64,000 nt of DNA from an uncultured Methanosarcinales archaeon (GTDB lineage: Archaea; Nanobdellota; Nanobdellia; Woesearchaeales; UBA11576). This document shows positions 46,370-55,676 of this stretch, piece by piece. Both the position numbers and the translations under genes were made by a program. The notes below the pieces were generated by a model that worked only from the letters and a program-made list of their open reading frames with translations, ran no database searches and was not told where the DNA came from. The stretch spans positions 6,121 to 70,120 of the forward strand of contig CAYOQS010000001.1 in NCBI GenBank assembly GCA_964406185.1, written 5' to 3'. Numbering within the stretch: the stretch's first letter is position 1; each line of letters begins with the position of its first letter.

Positions 46370-46723
46370 ATGGGTTTGTTTTCGAAAAAAGAGGACACGC
46401 GTTACATAAAGGAGTTTGATGAGGCTCTTGCCAATATCAACTCGCTCGCTAAGGATTTCAGGGAGAAGCATTTCGAGTCGATTTCTCTGTTCCAGAAGAA
46501 TTTCGAGAAGAAGAAGTCTGGTTCTGATCTTGAGAAGGAGCGCGAGGTTTTCGAGGACCATCTTGAAGTCCTTCAGAAGCTGAAGTTCAACGCTGATAAT
46601 CTTATCGATGAGGCTGTGAAGCTGGTGAGGAATGAGACTGCCTTGACCGAGAAGGACCGTGCTGAGCTCAGGAAGCTGTTGGAGAGGAAGAGCCCGACGA
46701 ATATCCAGGTGAAGAAGAAGTAG
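46370..46723 (+). CDS. hypothetical small helical protein
   Basis: 117 aa, K/E-rich helical, starting MGLFSKK. The 3' end overlaps the convergent 46668..47288 ORF by 56 nt, so one of the two ends is uncertain. Confidence 0.45.
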   Translation: MGLFSKKEDTRYIKEFDEALANINSLAKDFREKHFESISLFQKNFEKKKSGSDLEKEREVFEDHLEVLQKLKFNADNLIDEAVKLVRNETALTEKDRAELRKLLERKSPTNIQVKKK

Positions 46724-47288
46724 TTCTCTGTACTTTGTGGAATTCTGCGCCTGTTTCGAGTGCCGTGTGCATGGCTCCTAGTTGTAGGTTGACTAGTTCC
46801 CTGTTGACTTTCCTTTCTTTCAGCCAGTATGACATCTTTCCGAGGACTGTCTTCCTGTATTTGTTTATCTCTTCCGGCTTGAACAATGATGGTAGTCCTT
46901 GCTGGTATCTGAACAGGTGGAGTGCGACTGAGCATATCTTGTCTGCTTTTGCCTGGTTCGCTTCGTAAGTATACGTGTATAGTAATGATTGATTGAGAAA
47001 GCTGCCGTACTTGTCTGCGTTTAGGTTTCCGAAGTCGAGGTATCCTTTCTTGTGCAGGTCGTTGCCGAGTCGTGCCGAGACTTCTGTTACGAGCCTGGGT
47101 TGCTCATTGATTGGCGTGGTCGTTTCTGCCTCTTGTGCTATCAGCTCCAGGAATGACTCTGCTTCTTCTGTCTCTCCGAATAATTCTTTTTCAAGCTCCT
47201 TGAGCCGTCGGTATTCTGCTGACTTCCTCTTGTCAGGATTTCTCTGCAGATACTCGTTTAAGCTGACCACTACATCCCCCATGTTCAT
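46668..47288 (-). CDS. hypothetical protein
   Basis: 206 aa with no recognisable motif. The S-rich C-terminal tail lies in the overlap with the convergent gene. Confidence 0.45.
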   Translation of the reverse strand: MNMGDVVVSLNEYLQRNPDKRKSAEYRRLKELEKELFGETEEAESFLELIAQEAETTTPINEQPRLVTEVSARLGNDLHKKGYLDFGNLNADKYGSFLNQSLLYTYTYEANQAKADKICSVALHLFRYQQGLPSLFKPEEINKYRKTVLGKMSYWLKERKVNRELVNLQLGAMHTALETGAEFHKVQRTTSSSPGYSSGSSSPTAS

Positions 47289-47464
47289 TATCAGGCAGTG
47301 ATGATTTTTATATGTTTCTGATTGGGATCTTTTTTTTCCCGGCTTTTATGGAAAAGTTTTTAAATCGGCATGGCGTCTTATAAGCACATCGGATATCATA
47401 TGCATTTATCCACATCATATGCATTTATCCTTGTCTATACTAAAAGGTCAAAAGAGGTAACAAG

Positions 47465-48379
47465 ATGGGACTGCTCAACTGGATTTCTACTATGTTCCAG
47501 CCCAAGGAGGTCAGGGACGCTGTCAAGGCAGGCCAGAAGGCGATCAATGAAGCCCGCAAGAAGGAACGCGCAGAAGCTCTCAGCAAGACCCAGTTCCGGG
47601 AGGAGATGCGCAGGGGCGAGCGGGAGATACTTTCGCATTCAGGTGACGCGACCCATTATAAGAAAGAGGCGGACGCTGAGCTCAGGGCTTTGAGGAAGAT
47701 ACCGAAGGACGCGAGCAAGATTACAGCCAAGGATGAGAAATGGTTCACGAGCAAGGTCAAGTCTGAGGCGCAGAAGGAGTCTGAGCTTGCCAAGCAGCTC
47801 CAGAAAGGTTTCAAGGCGATGAAGACCGATGCTTTCGAAAGGCAGGCAGTCACGATATCTAAGTTCCTTGCGACTATGAGCAGGTCTTTGAAGGACGCTG
47901 AGAAGGTTTCGACAAGGCTGACCCGGCAGGTTGCGGACCAGCAGCAGGAGATCCTGCGTCTTGGGCAGATGCTTGAGGAAAGAGCGTCTCTCGTCAGCAG
48001 GATTGATGAGGTGAGAGAGCAGAGGCTGCAGAGCTTCAAGCCTGAGCTTGCGCGCGAGGAGATGAACCTGCTCCAGCAGCTCAACAGCAAGGATCAGGAT
48101 ATAGTCAGGTCCTATCAGAGGGTAACCGCTCTTGCGGCTTCGGGTTCTGCCATCCTCGAGAATGCTGAGATGATACTCCAGACCCTGGCTCCTGTCGAGT
48201 TCGACTCGAAAGAGCTTGTCAAGAGGGTCAAGGACGAGATAAGCTACGCCCGGTCCATAGTTAAGTTCGAGGGCAGCATAATGTCTGCTATGAAGGCTGG
48301 TGAGAAGGCTCAGAAGGAGGAGATGGAAGCGATCAGTCTGTTCACTGAGCGGCTCACAAAAGAGAAGAAGGCTGCCTGA
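47465..48379 (+). CDS. hypothetical long helical / coiled-coil protein
   Basis: 304 aa, E/K/Q/L-rich throughout. It starts MGLLNW and ends ...EKKAA, the same KKAA end as the 53204..54172 product. Confidence 0.55.
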   Translation: MGLLNWISTMFQPKEVRDAVKAGQKAINEARKKERAEALSKTQFREEMRRGEREILSHSGDATHYKKEADAELRALRKIPKDASKITAKDEKWFTSKVKSEAQKESELAKQLQKGFKAMKTDAFERQAVTISKFLATMSRSLKDAEKVSTRLTRQVADQQQEILRLGQMLEERASLVSRIDEVREQRLQSFKPELAREEMNLLQQLNSKDQDIVRSYQRVTALAASGSAILENAEMILQTLAPVEFDSKELVKRVKDEISYARSIVKFEGSIMSAMKAGEKAQKEEMEAISLFTERLTKEKKAA

Positions 48380-48486
48380 AGTCCTTTCATCTGTCTTTTC
48401 CTTTTTATCCTCTTTAAGTCCTCAGATTTCTTTTAGACGGTACAGACCCGTTAAATTTTTAAACAAAGACTTCATCTGGATGTTTG

Positions 48487-48867
48487 ATGTCTACATTACT
48501 GCTGTCTGGTTGTGCTATCCTTGAAGGTTCGAAGCTTGTGCTTCTACGCAAGGAAGGCAAGGATTTCTGGGAGTTGCCGGGAGGTATCGTCAGTACCAAG
48601 AAGGATATCGAACAGGCTGCTGTGGAGAAGACGCAGAGTCAGATCGGCCTGGAACCGCAGGTCGTGCAGCAGTTCACGATACTGGAGTACCAGAAGGATG
48701 GTGATAATGTTGAGGCATACATCTTCGAATGCACCTTGGATGACCCTGATAAGGCTTTTGTCCGCGGTGAGAATGTGGATGAAGTGAAGTGGTTCGATAT
48801 CAAGGAGCTTGGGAAGGAGAGCACAGGTGATGACGTTAAGGTCGTGCTTGAGGAGCTCCAGTCATAA
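48487..48867 (+). CDS. NUDIX-fold protein with a degenerate Nudix box
   Basis: WELPGGIVSTKKDIEQAAVEKTQSQIGL keeps GGx5(D/E)x7 but has EKTQSQ in place of REVxEE. ATG at 48487; the track start is TTG. Confidence 0.55.
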   Translation: MSTLLLSGCAILEGSKLVLLRKEGKDFWELPGGIVSTKKDIEQAAVEKTQSQIGLEPQVVQQFTILEYQKDGDNVEAYIFECTLDDPDKAFVRGENVDEVKWFDIKELGKESTGDDVKVVLEELQS

Positions 48868-48873
48868 TATGGT

Positions 48874-50085
48874 TTATTTCTCGAAGATTTTTTTCGCATC
48901 TGATATTATCCTGTCTTCGTAGTCGGATTGCTTCTCCCCTTCGTCTTTTTCCTTGTCAAGTGAGAGCATCAGGCTGTTTATGAGATCTTTTTCCTGTTCC
49001 CTGCTAAGGTCCATGCACTTGATCTGGCCGATGTGCTCTTCGACGACGAGCTTCTCTGCATCTTCTGTTGTGTCTGCTTTCACCTTGATCTCTTCGAAAT
49101 CTTTGGATCTTAGTTTGCCTGTGTTCTTGAGTATGGTGAGCGCGTCTTTCTCCTGTATGAGTTCTGATATCCTGCGCGTGTCTATCTCCGATGTCTTCCC
49201 TGCCTCCAGCGTGCCCGAAAGTCGGAGAAGGACTATCGCTCCTTTCAGGTCTTTCCTGTTGATCTCTTCGGTGAGTTCTTGGGTGACCTGCTGTGGTGTC
49301 TTGTGGTCGCAGTCCATGGGTATCGTAACGACCTGCGCGGGCTCGATCCTGCGGCATTCTGTTTTGCCGTCATCGTATATGTAGAATGATCCGCCTTTTA
49401 GCTTTTCCATCTCAGAGAAGCTGTTCGGGAATGTGGGTCCGGGATATACTATGTTCCTGTATCCTTCGATGCTGGCTTCCCTGACTATATGGACGTGTCC
49501 GCCTGCGTAGTAGTCCATGCCGCGTGGCAGCACGGAGACCGGCGCTGATTCCATCTTTTCAAGCTCTTCAGGCTTTAGCTCTGACAGTGCTGTGTGGAAC
49601 ATGAATATCCTGAAACCTTCCTCGCTCTCCAGGTTGTCCCTTATCAGTCCTTCGTAGTATTTTTTCTCGAGCATGCCTTTCTTTCCTATCATACCTGTTA
49701 TCTTGGCCCCTGTCTTCAGGTCTTTTGTGAAGTGAAGCTTTAGCTTCTCGCCCACCACTTCTCCTTTGCATACGTTGATGACCAGCTCTGCCTCTTCGAG
49801 GACTTCGAGCATCGTCTTTCCTGACGGTGAGAAATCGTGGCTGCCTGCTATCGTATAGACAGGTATGTCTTTCCTCTTGAGCTTCTTAAGCTCAGACACT
49901 GCGAGCTTGATGCTGTCTATTGATGGGAGGCTTGTGTTGAAAAGGTCTCCTGATATCAGCACGAAGTCTACCTTTTCTGCCAGGCTGATGTCGATCGCGG
50001 TGGCGAAGCTCTTTTCGCTGAGCTCTCTCAGCTTGGACTCTTTCCAGCTTCCGAGATGTATGTCTGCCATGTGTGAGAACTTCAC
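48874..50085 (-). CDS. Mre11/SbcD-like calcineurin-fold nuclease
   Basis: 403 aa with the motifs MKFSHMADIHLGSW, SGDLFN, AGSHD, MFHTAL and GGHVH. The C-terminal roughly 150 aa are unassigned. No Rad50 gene is adjacent. Confidence 0.7.
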   Translation of the reverse strand: MKFSHMADIHLGSWKESKLRELSEKSFATAIDISLAEKVDFVLISGDLFNTSLPSIDSIKLAVSELKKLKRKDIPVYTIAGSHDFSPSGKTMLEVLEEAELVINVCKGEVVGEKLKLHFTKDLKTGAKITGMIGKKGMLEKKYYEGLIRDNLESEEGFRIFMFHTALSELKPEELEKMESAPVSVLPRGMDYYAGGHVHIVREASIEGYRNIVYPGPTFPNSFSEMEKLKGGSFYIYDDGKTECRRIEPAQVVTIPMDCDHKTPQQVTQELTEEINRKDLKGAIVLLRLSGTLEAGKTSEIDTRRISELIQEKDALTILKNTGKLRSKDFEEIKVKADTTEDAEKLVVEEHIGQIKCMDLSREQEKDLINSLMLSLDKEKDEGEKQSDYEDRIISDAKKIFEK

Positions 50086-50177
50086 GATGTCTACCCCTTA
50101 TGGGCTGGAAAGAAGGCGTGGTTAAAATGTTTTTTGTTATGGTCTTTATGGTCTGGTTGATTCTTAAGCTGGCTTGT

Positions 50178-50633
50178 TCATTCTGCAGGCAGGTTCCTTG
50201 ATTCCTGTTGGACATATTGGTAGAAGAGTCTCATGAACTGGATGTTGTATGGGTCTTTGCCTATCCTTGATATCTGAGCAGTGGGTTCTTCATCCTTGCC
50301 CGTTATCCTTGGGTCTATCTCTGCGATCTTGTCTAGTGCTGATTTGAGGAGTCTGATCTGTTGTGTTCCGGGCAGCATAGCTTCAAGCCCTGCAACAGAG
50401 AGCCTCTTGAGGTTGAAATAGCCGTGTACAGGCTCTCCTCTGTCATCCTCTTCTGTGGTGAGCATCATGAGATAAGAACGGGTTTCAAAACCTTCTTCAG
50501 AGCTGAATCTGAGCCAATAATCTGCTTTATAGCCTCCATTGCCAGGTATATGGTCTAATTCCTCTTCTAAAGAGACTCTGACCGTTTTTACGGCTTCTGA
50601 ACGCAATGCGCGGATTAGTTCACTACCCCCCAT
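50178..50633 (-). CDS. hypothetical small protein (P3 of the cluster)
   Basis: 151 aa with no recognisable motif, lying between the GGDEF gene and the Mre11-like gene on the same strand. Confidence 0.55.
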   Translation of the reverse strand: MGGSELIRALRSEAVKTVRVSLEEELDHIPGNGGYKADYWLRFSSEEGFETRSYLMMLTTEEDDRGEPVHGYFNLKRLSVAGLEAMLPGTQQIRLLKSALDKIAEIDPRITGKDEEPTAQISRIGKDPYNIQFMRLFYQYVQQESRNLPAE

Positions 50634-50681
50634 CTTAAAAATTATTGTGCAAGAGAACTATTTAAACCTTTCATTTTTTTA

Positions 50682-52208
50682 CTACTCTGTGGTGGGTGTG
50701 AAGATTGAGCTTTTGACCTGGTTCCTGCCGCTTTCCTTTGCCTCGTAGAGCTTGTTGTCCGCCTGCTTGATCATCTTCTTCTTGATCTGTCCTGCGTCCA
50801 GACCCATCGCGTCTGCCATGTTGTAGTCTTCCAGAGCCACAACTCCCAGGCTTATCGTGACCTGTTGTATCTGTTCACCATCGTAGTTGGTCATGGGATG
50901 CTGTTCGATAGATATTCTCATCTTCTCTGCCGCTTTCTCGGCCCCCTCTATCTTTGTGTTGGGCAGCGCGACCATTATCTCTTCGCCGCCGACACGGTAT
51001 ATCTCATCATGGGATTGCCTTATGACTTTCTTGAGGACAGATGCTACTTCCTTGAGAACCTTGTCGCCTATATCGTGACCGTATGTGTCGTTGAACTGCT
51101 TGAAATGGTCTATGTCTATCATCACCAAAGACAGGGGCTTCTTGTCCTTTATCATCTGCTTGAGTTCCTGCTCGAAAGAATGCCTGTTCTTTACCCCCAT
51201 CAGTATGTCGTGCGTGGCTTTGAGCTTTACCAGCTTCATGTCTTTCTTTGCCTTCTTCCAGAGGTAGGGTGCAGAAGCCACCACATCTTCAGTAAAAGCG
51301 TCAGGATTGCTCTTGATCGCTGACACGAGCATCTGCCATTCGTCCGGCTCGGTCATAGTGTCGAATATACTGTCCACGTCTGCCATATCTATCTTCGTAC
51401 CCTCTGATCTCTTCTCTGACATCATTTCGCAGAGGCTGTCTATCGGCGTGACTTCCTGTCTCGCGAGCTCGTTGAACGGGTCGTAGAATGCTTTCTTCTC
51501 CTGGATGAGCAGCGAGTTCACCTGCTTGATGAGCTGCTCGAGATATTTCTCGAGCTGCTCCCGTCTGACCGGGTCGAATTTCTGTCCTTCTTTAAAGCTG
51601 AACTTCTCAAGTGTATCTTCCTCCTGCTTGATGAAGTATTGGAGCCTGACTATTATGGGATGCTGTTTCCTGATAAGCTCTATGAGCTTGTCATGCACCG
51701 CCATTATGACTGATTCTTTTTCAAGCTCTTCCTTTAGGTATTCCTCACGCGTCGCAAGTTTCTGCTTTGCGACTGAATAGAATGCGCTGTATTCGTGCTC
51801 TTCCAGCTCCAGCTCCTCCATCTCGATTTGTTCAAGCTGCTCAAGGCTGGCTTTGCCGATGGTGAGGAGCCTCAGCGATAGCTTGTCTTCCTGGATCTCT
51901 ATCTCCAGGGATTTCATCACACGGGTTATGTCTTTCTTTATCTTTTTCGCGAGCTTTGCGCATTTCTTGCCGTGGCTTTCCCACGAGGATGTTTGACCTT
52001 TGTTCCAGGCATCTCTCTGGAAACTGCTCTCACTTTTAAGCTGGATAAGAAGCTTTTCATGATCATATACTGTCCTTATCCTTTTCTCGAAGTCCTGGGC
52101 GACAAGCGTCAGGAACTTGACTATATCCTGTATCTGTTCGACCAGCTCTTTTCTTGAGGCAGTCTTCGGGTCGTGCAGTTTTGCCTTGAACAGGGGTCCT
52201 TTGTCCAT
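50682..52208 (-). CDS. diguanylate cyclase (GGDEF domain, GGEEI variant) with a roughly 330-aa helical N-terminal region
   Basis: The C-terminal 170 aa are VKNRHSFEQEL...LVMIDIDHFKQFNDTYGHDIGDKVLKEV...IYRVGGEEIMVAL...VTISLGVVAL...ADNKLYEAKESGRNQV, a near-textbook GGDEF pattern. No TM helix or known sensor domain precedes it, only coiled-coil-like sequence. Confidence 0.85.
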   Translation of the reverse strand: MDKGPLFKAKLHDPKTASRKELVEQIQDIVKFLTLVAQDFEKRIRTVYDHEKLLIQLKSESSFQRDAWNKGQTSSWESHGKKCAKLAKKIKKDITRVMKSLEIEIQEDKLSLRLLTIGKASLEQLEQIEMEELELEEHEYSAFYSVAKQKLATREEYLKEELEKESVIMAVHDKLIELIRKQHPIIVRLQYFIKQEEDTLEKFSFKEGQKFDPVRREQLEKYLEQLIKQVNSLLIQEKKAFYDPFNELARQEVTPIDSLCEMMSEKRSEGTKIDMADVDSIFDTMTEPDEWQMLVSAIKSNPDAFTEDVVASAPYLWKKAKKDMKLVKLKATHDILMGVKNRHSFEQELKQMIKDKKPLSLVMIDIDHFKQFNDTYGHDIGDKVLKEVASVLKKVIRQSHDEIYRVGGEEIMVALPNTKIEGAEKAAEKMRISIEQHPMTNYDGEQIQQVTISLGVVALEDYNMADAMGLDAGQIKKKMIKQADNKLYEAKESGRNQVKSSIFTPTTE

Positions 52209-52292
52209 GGGTGAAGAAGACTGTCAGCAGGTATTTAAAATTTTGTAAATATGGCGTGGAGTCTGCGTAGAAAATGTTGTGAAGCGGAATCG

Positions 52293-53078
52293 TCACGCGT
52301 ACTTCTGTATCTTCTCTGCCCACTGCCTGAATTCCTGTGCACCGGAGTTGTACGTGTGGTAATATGGTCTGAAGCTGACCAGCGAAAGTGATTCGGCAGG
52401 CATGTCGAAGAAATAATCGAGTCCATCTACGCTCGCGTCCATCACGAAGAGGTTGTTTTCTACTGCCTGTTGGCATCTCTCGACGACCGCGTTCGCGGCC
52501 CTTGCTATGTCTCCCATGTCTGCGGTGAGTCTTCTCTTGGAGAATCTCTTTTCCAAAAGCATGTCTGCTGCCATCACATAGTTGTCGAGCTCTCCTGAAA
52601 GGATTATCTCTGCCCTGCCTTTGTCTGTTATCGGTGATGCAGGGTCAAGCATGCCTGACATCAACTGGACGTACAATGATCTCGCAGTCTTGGGATCTTC
52701 TATCCTGTTTCCTTCGATATCGACAAGACTTTCGAGCATCGAGGAGCCTATAAGATGTTTGAGCGGTTTGTGGAAGTTTCTCGGCGATCTTGCTGTGGAA
52801 GTGCTGTACCTGACGTCACAAAGGTGTAGCCCCTTGTCATAGCCCAGGTGGGCGAGATACACCTCCCGCATCACTTTCGCAAGGTCCTTCTCCTGCTTTG
52901 TCTCTTCTGACAGGTCAAGTTTTAGCCTGTGCACTATGTCTGTTCCGTCGATCATAATGTCAAAGTCCAGTTCCAGACGTATGTCTGCCAGAAGTATGTT
53001 CCGTTTCAGTTCCTGTTCTGATCCTTGCCCCCTGTCGTGTCTCGGATCGAAAAAGTCTCTCCCCAGTTCAATGACCAA
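52293..53078 (-). CDS. hypothetical protein (P2 of the cluster)
   Basis: 261 aa with a TTG start preceded by GGTGAT 5 nt upstream. It shares a short motif with P1 (PKTARSLYVQLMSG...P...GRAE versus AEAARTLYSRLTGE...P.GNAE). Confidence 0.5.
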   Translation of the reverse strand: MVIELGRDFFDPRHDRGQGSEQELKRNILLADIRLELDFDIMIDGTDIVHRLKLDLSEETKQEKDLAKVMREVYLAHLGYDKGLHLCDVRYSTSTARSPRNFHKPLKHLIGSSMLESLVDIEGNRIEDPKTARSLYVQLMSGMLDPASPITDKGRAEIILSGELDNYVMAADMLLEKRFSKRRLTADMGDIARAANAVVERCQQAVENNLFVMDASVDGLDYFFDMPAESLSLVSFRPYYHTYNSGAQEFRQWAEKIQKYA

Positions 53079-53203
53079 AAATAATCACCAAACAGTGGTA
53101 TAAATCCAACATTTATATAATTTTCCCATAGTAAATGGTGGCTCCAGAGTCTTTAAAAGAAAAAATAAGAGCTATAAAGTCTTAAAAAGAAGAAATAAAG
53201 GCT

Positions 53204-54172
53204 TTAAGCCGCTTTTTTGACTTCTGAAAAGCCTTTCTGGATAGATGGAGAATTTTCAGCCTTTTCCTGCATCCTATCAAGGAATTGCCATATCGCTTTT
53301 TCCCTGACAAATATCTGCCTCACGTATTCATGGACATCTTCCTTTTTACGCAGTATTGCGGGCACAGTCACTTCCTTCATCTTGTTCGCTGTTATCTCCA
53401 TCCCTTTAAGCTTGTTCATGTCAGATGGTGTGATGTATATCTTTCCTGCCTTGATGTGCTTGTCGATATCTTTGGCTTTGACATCCTCTATCTTGACCGC
53501 CTTCGGATTGATGCGTTTCCTTCCGAAGATCGTCCATTTTGTCCTTGTAGCGGCTGCTACGCAGTCCAGTTCCCATGTCTGTGTGAAGAGCTGGTTGAGC
53601 CTGTTGTTGTATTCTGCGAAGAGCTTGTCAAGTGTGGATGTCTTATCCTTAAGTTGGGCGTACATGTCCCGGAGGGTCTCGACCGCATTCTCCAGCCGTT
53701 TCTTGCCTTCTGCGTCCAGCAGTATGTATGAGGGCTTGTTTATCTCGAAGAGCGTTCTCTTGTATAGCCTCTTCCTGTTCGTTATCTGGACGTCCATCGC
53801 CTGGAATCCTGCCCTGTTGTATGCTATGTGCGTGTTGAGGATGTTCAGGAAATGCTCGAATGATTCCTCGAGAAGGTCTGCGACAGCAGCCATCGAGAAA
53901 AGCCTCTTCTCGACGAGCTTGTCGAGCTTCTCCTCTGCGGATGCCTCTTTCCTCTTTTCAGCGTGCCAGTCACGCCGCACGTTCTCCATGGTCTTTATCA
54001 GTTCTTCCCTTACCTTGAATGTTTTCCAGACTTCCTTGATGAACAGGACTTTGTCTTTGGGCTTTATCTTGTTGCCTGCTTTCTCCAGAACTTCTGACTG
54101 TTCGCCTATCGTCTTCATCTCGTCGTTGAGATGCGTGAATGCCTTGTTGATCTGTTTAGCGCTGACCGTCAT
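53204..54172 (-). CDS. hypothetical long helical protein (CC2 of the cluster)
   Basis: 322 aa with an ATG start and K/E/L-rich helical composition, ending ...EVKKAA. The 365-aa ORF on the opposite strand is S/L/F-rich, typical of antisense. Confidence 0.55.
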   Translation of the reverse strand: MTVSAKQINKAFTHLNDEMKTIGEQSEVLEKAGNKIKPKDKVLFIKEVWKTFKVREELIKTMENVRRDWHAEKRKEASAEEKLDKLVEKRLFSMAAVADLLEESFEHFLNILNTHIAYNRAGFQAMDVQITNRKRLYKRTLFEINKPSYILLDAEGKKRLENAVETLRDMYAQLKDKTSTLDKLFAEYNNRLNQLFTQTWELDCVAAATRTKWTIFGRKRINPKAVKIEDVKAKDIDKHIKAGKIYITPSDMNKLKGMEITANKMKEVTVPAILRKKEDVHEYVRQIFVREKAIWQFLDRMQEKAENSPSIQKGFSEVKKAA

Positions 54173-54280
54173 GTGCTCACCTTTTTTTGTTATGGTGCTA
54201 TTGGATACTGCTATGTCGAGAATATGGGTGGTGCTTTATTTAAAGTTTTGTTTTTCGTATGAAGAAAATGAGAAATTGTT

Positions 54281-54775
54281 TCACTGCTCCGATGGAAACT
54301 GCTGCACGAGATAAAGGGGACCCTCTGTCTTACGCATAGGGTCTGAATGGACTATTGCCAGTATCGCCTGCTCTGTGTCAAGACCTTCAAGGCAGCCCAT
54401 CTCATCGAAAAGACCTGATGAATCATGTGTTATCATGACTCTCGCCCCCCTTTTAGCGAGGTAATCAAAGAAATGGATGAGATTAGATACTGCTTCTGCA
54501 TTTCCTTCGGGTGCGTATGTCTCATGCGGTTCTCCCGTCAATCTTGAATAAAGTGTCCTTGCGGCTTCTGCCCTTACAGGCTCCTGTCTTCCGGGTATGT
54601 ATGCCTCAACCATGTAGACACGCCATTGCACGTAGGAGTTATGGATCCTTTTCCCTTCAGGGTCTGTTGTGCTGTCCCATGTTTCCTGTCTGATCTCAAG
54701 CTCCAGTTCGCTGCCCTGCAGGGAAATGTCTGAGAATCTTGATGTTATGTGTGATATGTCCCCCATTATGACCAC
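54281..54775 (-). CDS. hypothetical small protein (P1 of the cluster)
   Basis: 164 aa. The start is uncertain: GTG 54775 or ATG 54766. No recognisable domain. Confidence 0.5.
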   Translation of the reverse strand: MVIMGDISHITSRFSDISLQGSELELEIRQETWDSTTDPEGKRIHNSYVQWRVYMVEAYIPGRQEPVRAEAARTLYSRLTGEPHETYAPEGNAEAVSNLIHFFDYLAKRGARVMITHDSSGLFDEMGCLEGLDTEQAILAIVHSDPMRKTEGPLYLVQQFPSEQ

Positions 54776-54846
54776 ATAACCACCAAGAAGTGATTACAGA
54801 TATATAAAGATTTTGGTGATTGAAAGTCTGGATCTGCGCGGCAGTA

Positions 54847-55650
54847 TCAGAGCCTCTTGACAGATTTCGGCTCTCTCTCCAGCATCTTGCCGATGACCAC
54901 TTCCATGAGCTTCGCATCTCTCTTGGCGACTTTCTCAAGCTTGGCCTCCTGCTCTGCCTTGTCCACCAGCTCTTCTATCTTTCCCTGGACATATTTGATG
55001 TGTTCTAGTATTGGCTTGAAGTTTATGTCTGCCGCTTCATGCCCTTTCAGCTTATCCTCAACCTTCTTCTGCTCCTCATCGAGCATCCGCTCTATCTCTA
55101 CAGAGTCCTGTTCGTAGGCTGTGGATATCGCCTCGAAAAGCGGCTTGATCTTGTGTATAGCCCCCTGCATGTTGGTGGCTGTGTGCATGAGCTGCGTGAC
55201 TCCGGGCTTCACAGACACCAGGCCTTTTTCTTTCATGTTAGTATACAGCTCATCGACCAGGCCGAGTATCCTCCTCTCGTCATTGTAGAAAGCGCTCAAC
55301 TGCCCCCCCATCTCCGTAAGCAGGTGTTTGCCCTTGTCAAGATCCTCCAGCACATCTCCCCTCAGCTTCTCTATCTCAAAGGTCATCTTGCTGAGCCTGT
55401 CCAGCTCTTCCTCATGGCTCTTGTCAGGGTGCGCCCGTATCTCTTCAGCGATCTGCCAGCTTTCCTTGAGGAGATCGTGTATCTTCGCAAGCTTTTCCAT
55501 CATGGTCTTGCCGAAGAGCTTGTGCTTCTTAAGGAACTTGAGAAATATCTTCACATCGAGTTCCTTCGCCTCCTCAACGGTCTTTTTCGCGAGTGGAAAC
55601 GCTTCTTTCAGTGTCTTTTCAAAACCAGGATATTCAGAGAGATCGCCCAT
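54847..55650 (-). CDS. hypothetical helical / coiled-coil protein (CC1 of the cluster)
   Basis: 267 aa, with its ATG 26 nt downstream of the HerA-like stop. E/K/L-rich. Confidence 0.55.
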   Translation of the reverse strand: MGDLSEYPGFEKTLKEAFPLAKKTVEEAKELDVKIFLKFLKKHKLFGKTMMEKLAKIHDLLKESWQIAEEIRAHPDKSHEEELDRLSKMTFEIEKLRGDVLEDLDKGKHLLTEMGGQLSAFYNDERRILGLVDELYTNMKEKGLVSVKPGVTQLMHTATNMQGAIHKIKPLFEAISTAYEQDSVEIERMLDEEQKKVEDKLKGHEAADINFKPILEHIKYVQGKIEELVDKAEQEAKLEKVAKRDAKLMEVVIGKMLEREPKSVKRL

Positions 55651-55676
55651 CTTTTTCGCCTCTTTCTTTGGGTAAG

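Noticed and set aside
53217-54314. Long ORFs opposite confidently called genes. Examples are 53217..54314 + (365 aa), 55039..56166 + (375 aa), 32774..33997 + (407 aa), 6891..7982 - (363 aa), 12535..13491 + (318 aa), 21041..21940 - (299 aa), 44497..45363 - (288 aa) and 4746..5612 - (288 aa).
   Set aside because: Their translations are S/L/F/C- or R/H-rich low-complexity sequence, typical of the antisense of K/E-rich genes. They have no motifs, and several span boundaries of real genes. The opposite-strand ORFs carry clear family signatures or better start contexts.
53204-55650. Whether the coiled-coil proteins between the HerA-like and Mre11-like genes are a split or degenerate Rad50, and whether a small protein is NurA.
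   Set aside because: None of CC1, CC2 or the GGDEF N-region has a Walker A/B, signature motif or CxxC zinc hook. The small proteins lack an N-terminal NurA-type catalytic Asp motif; the VMDASVDG in P2 is near the C-terminus.
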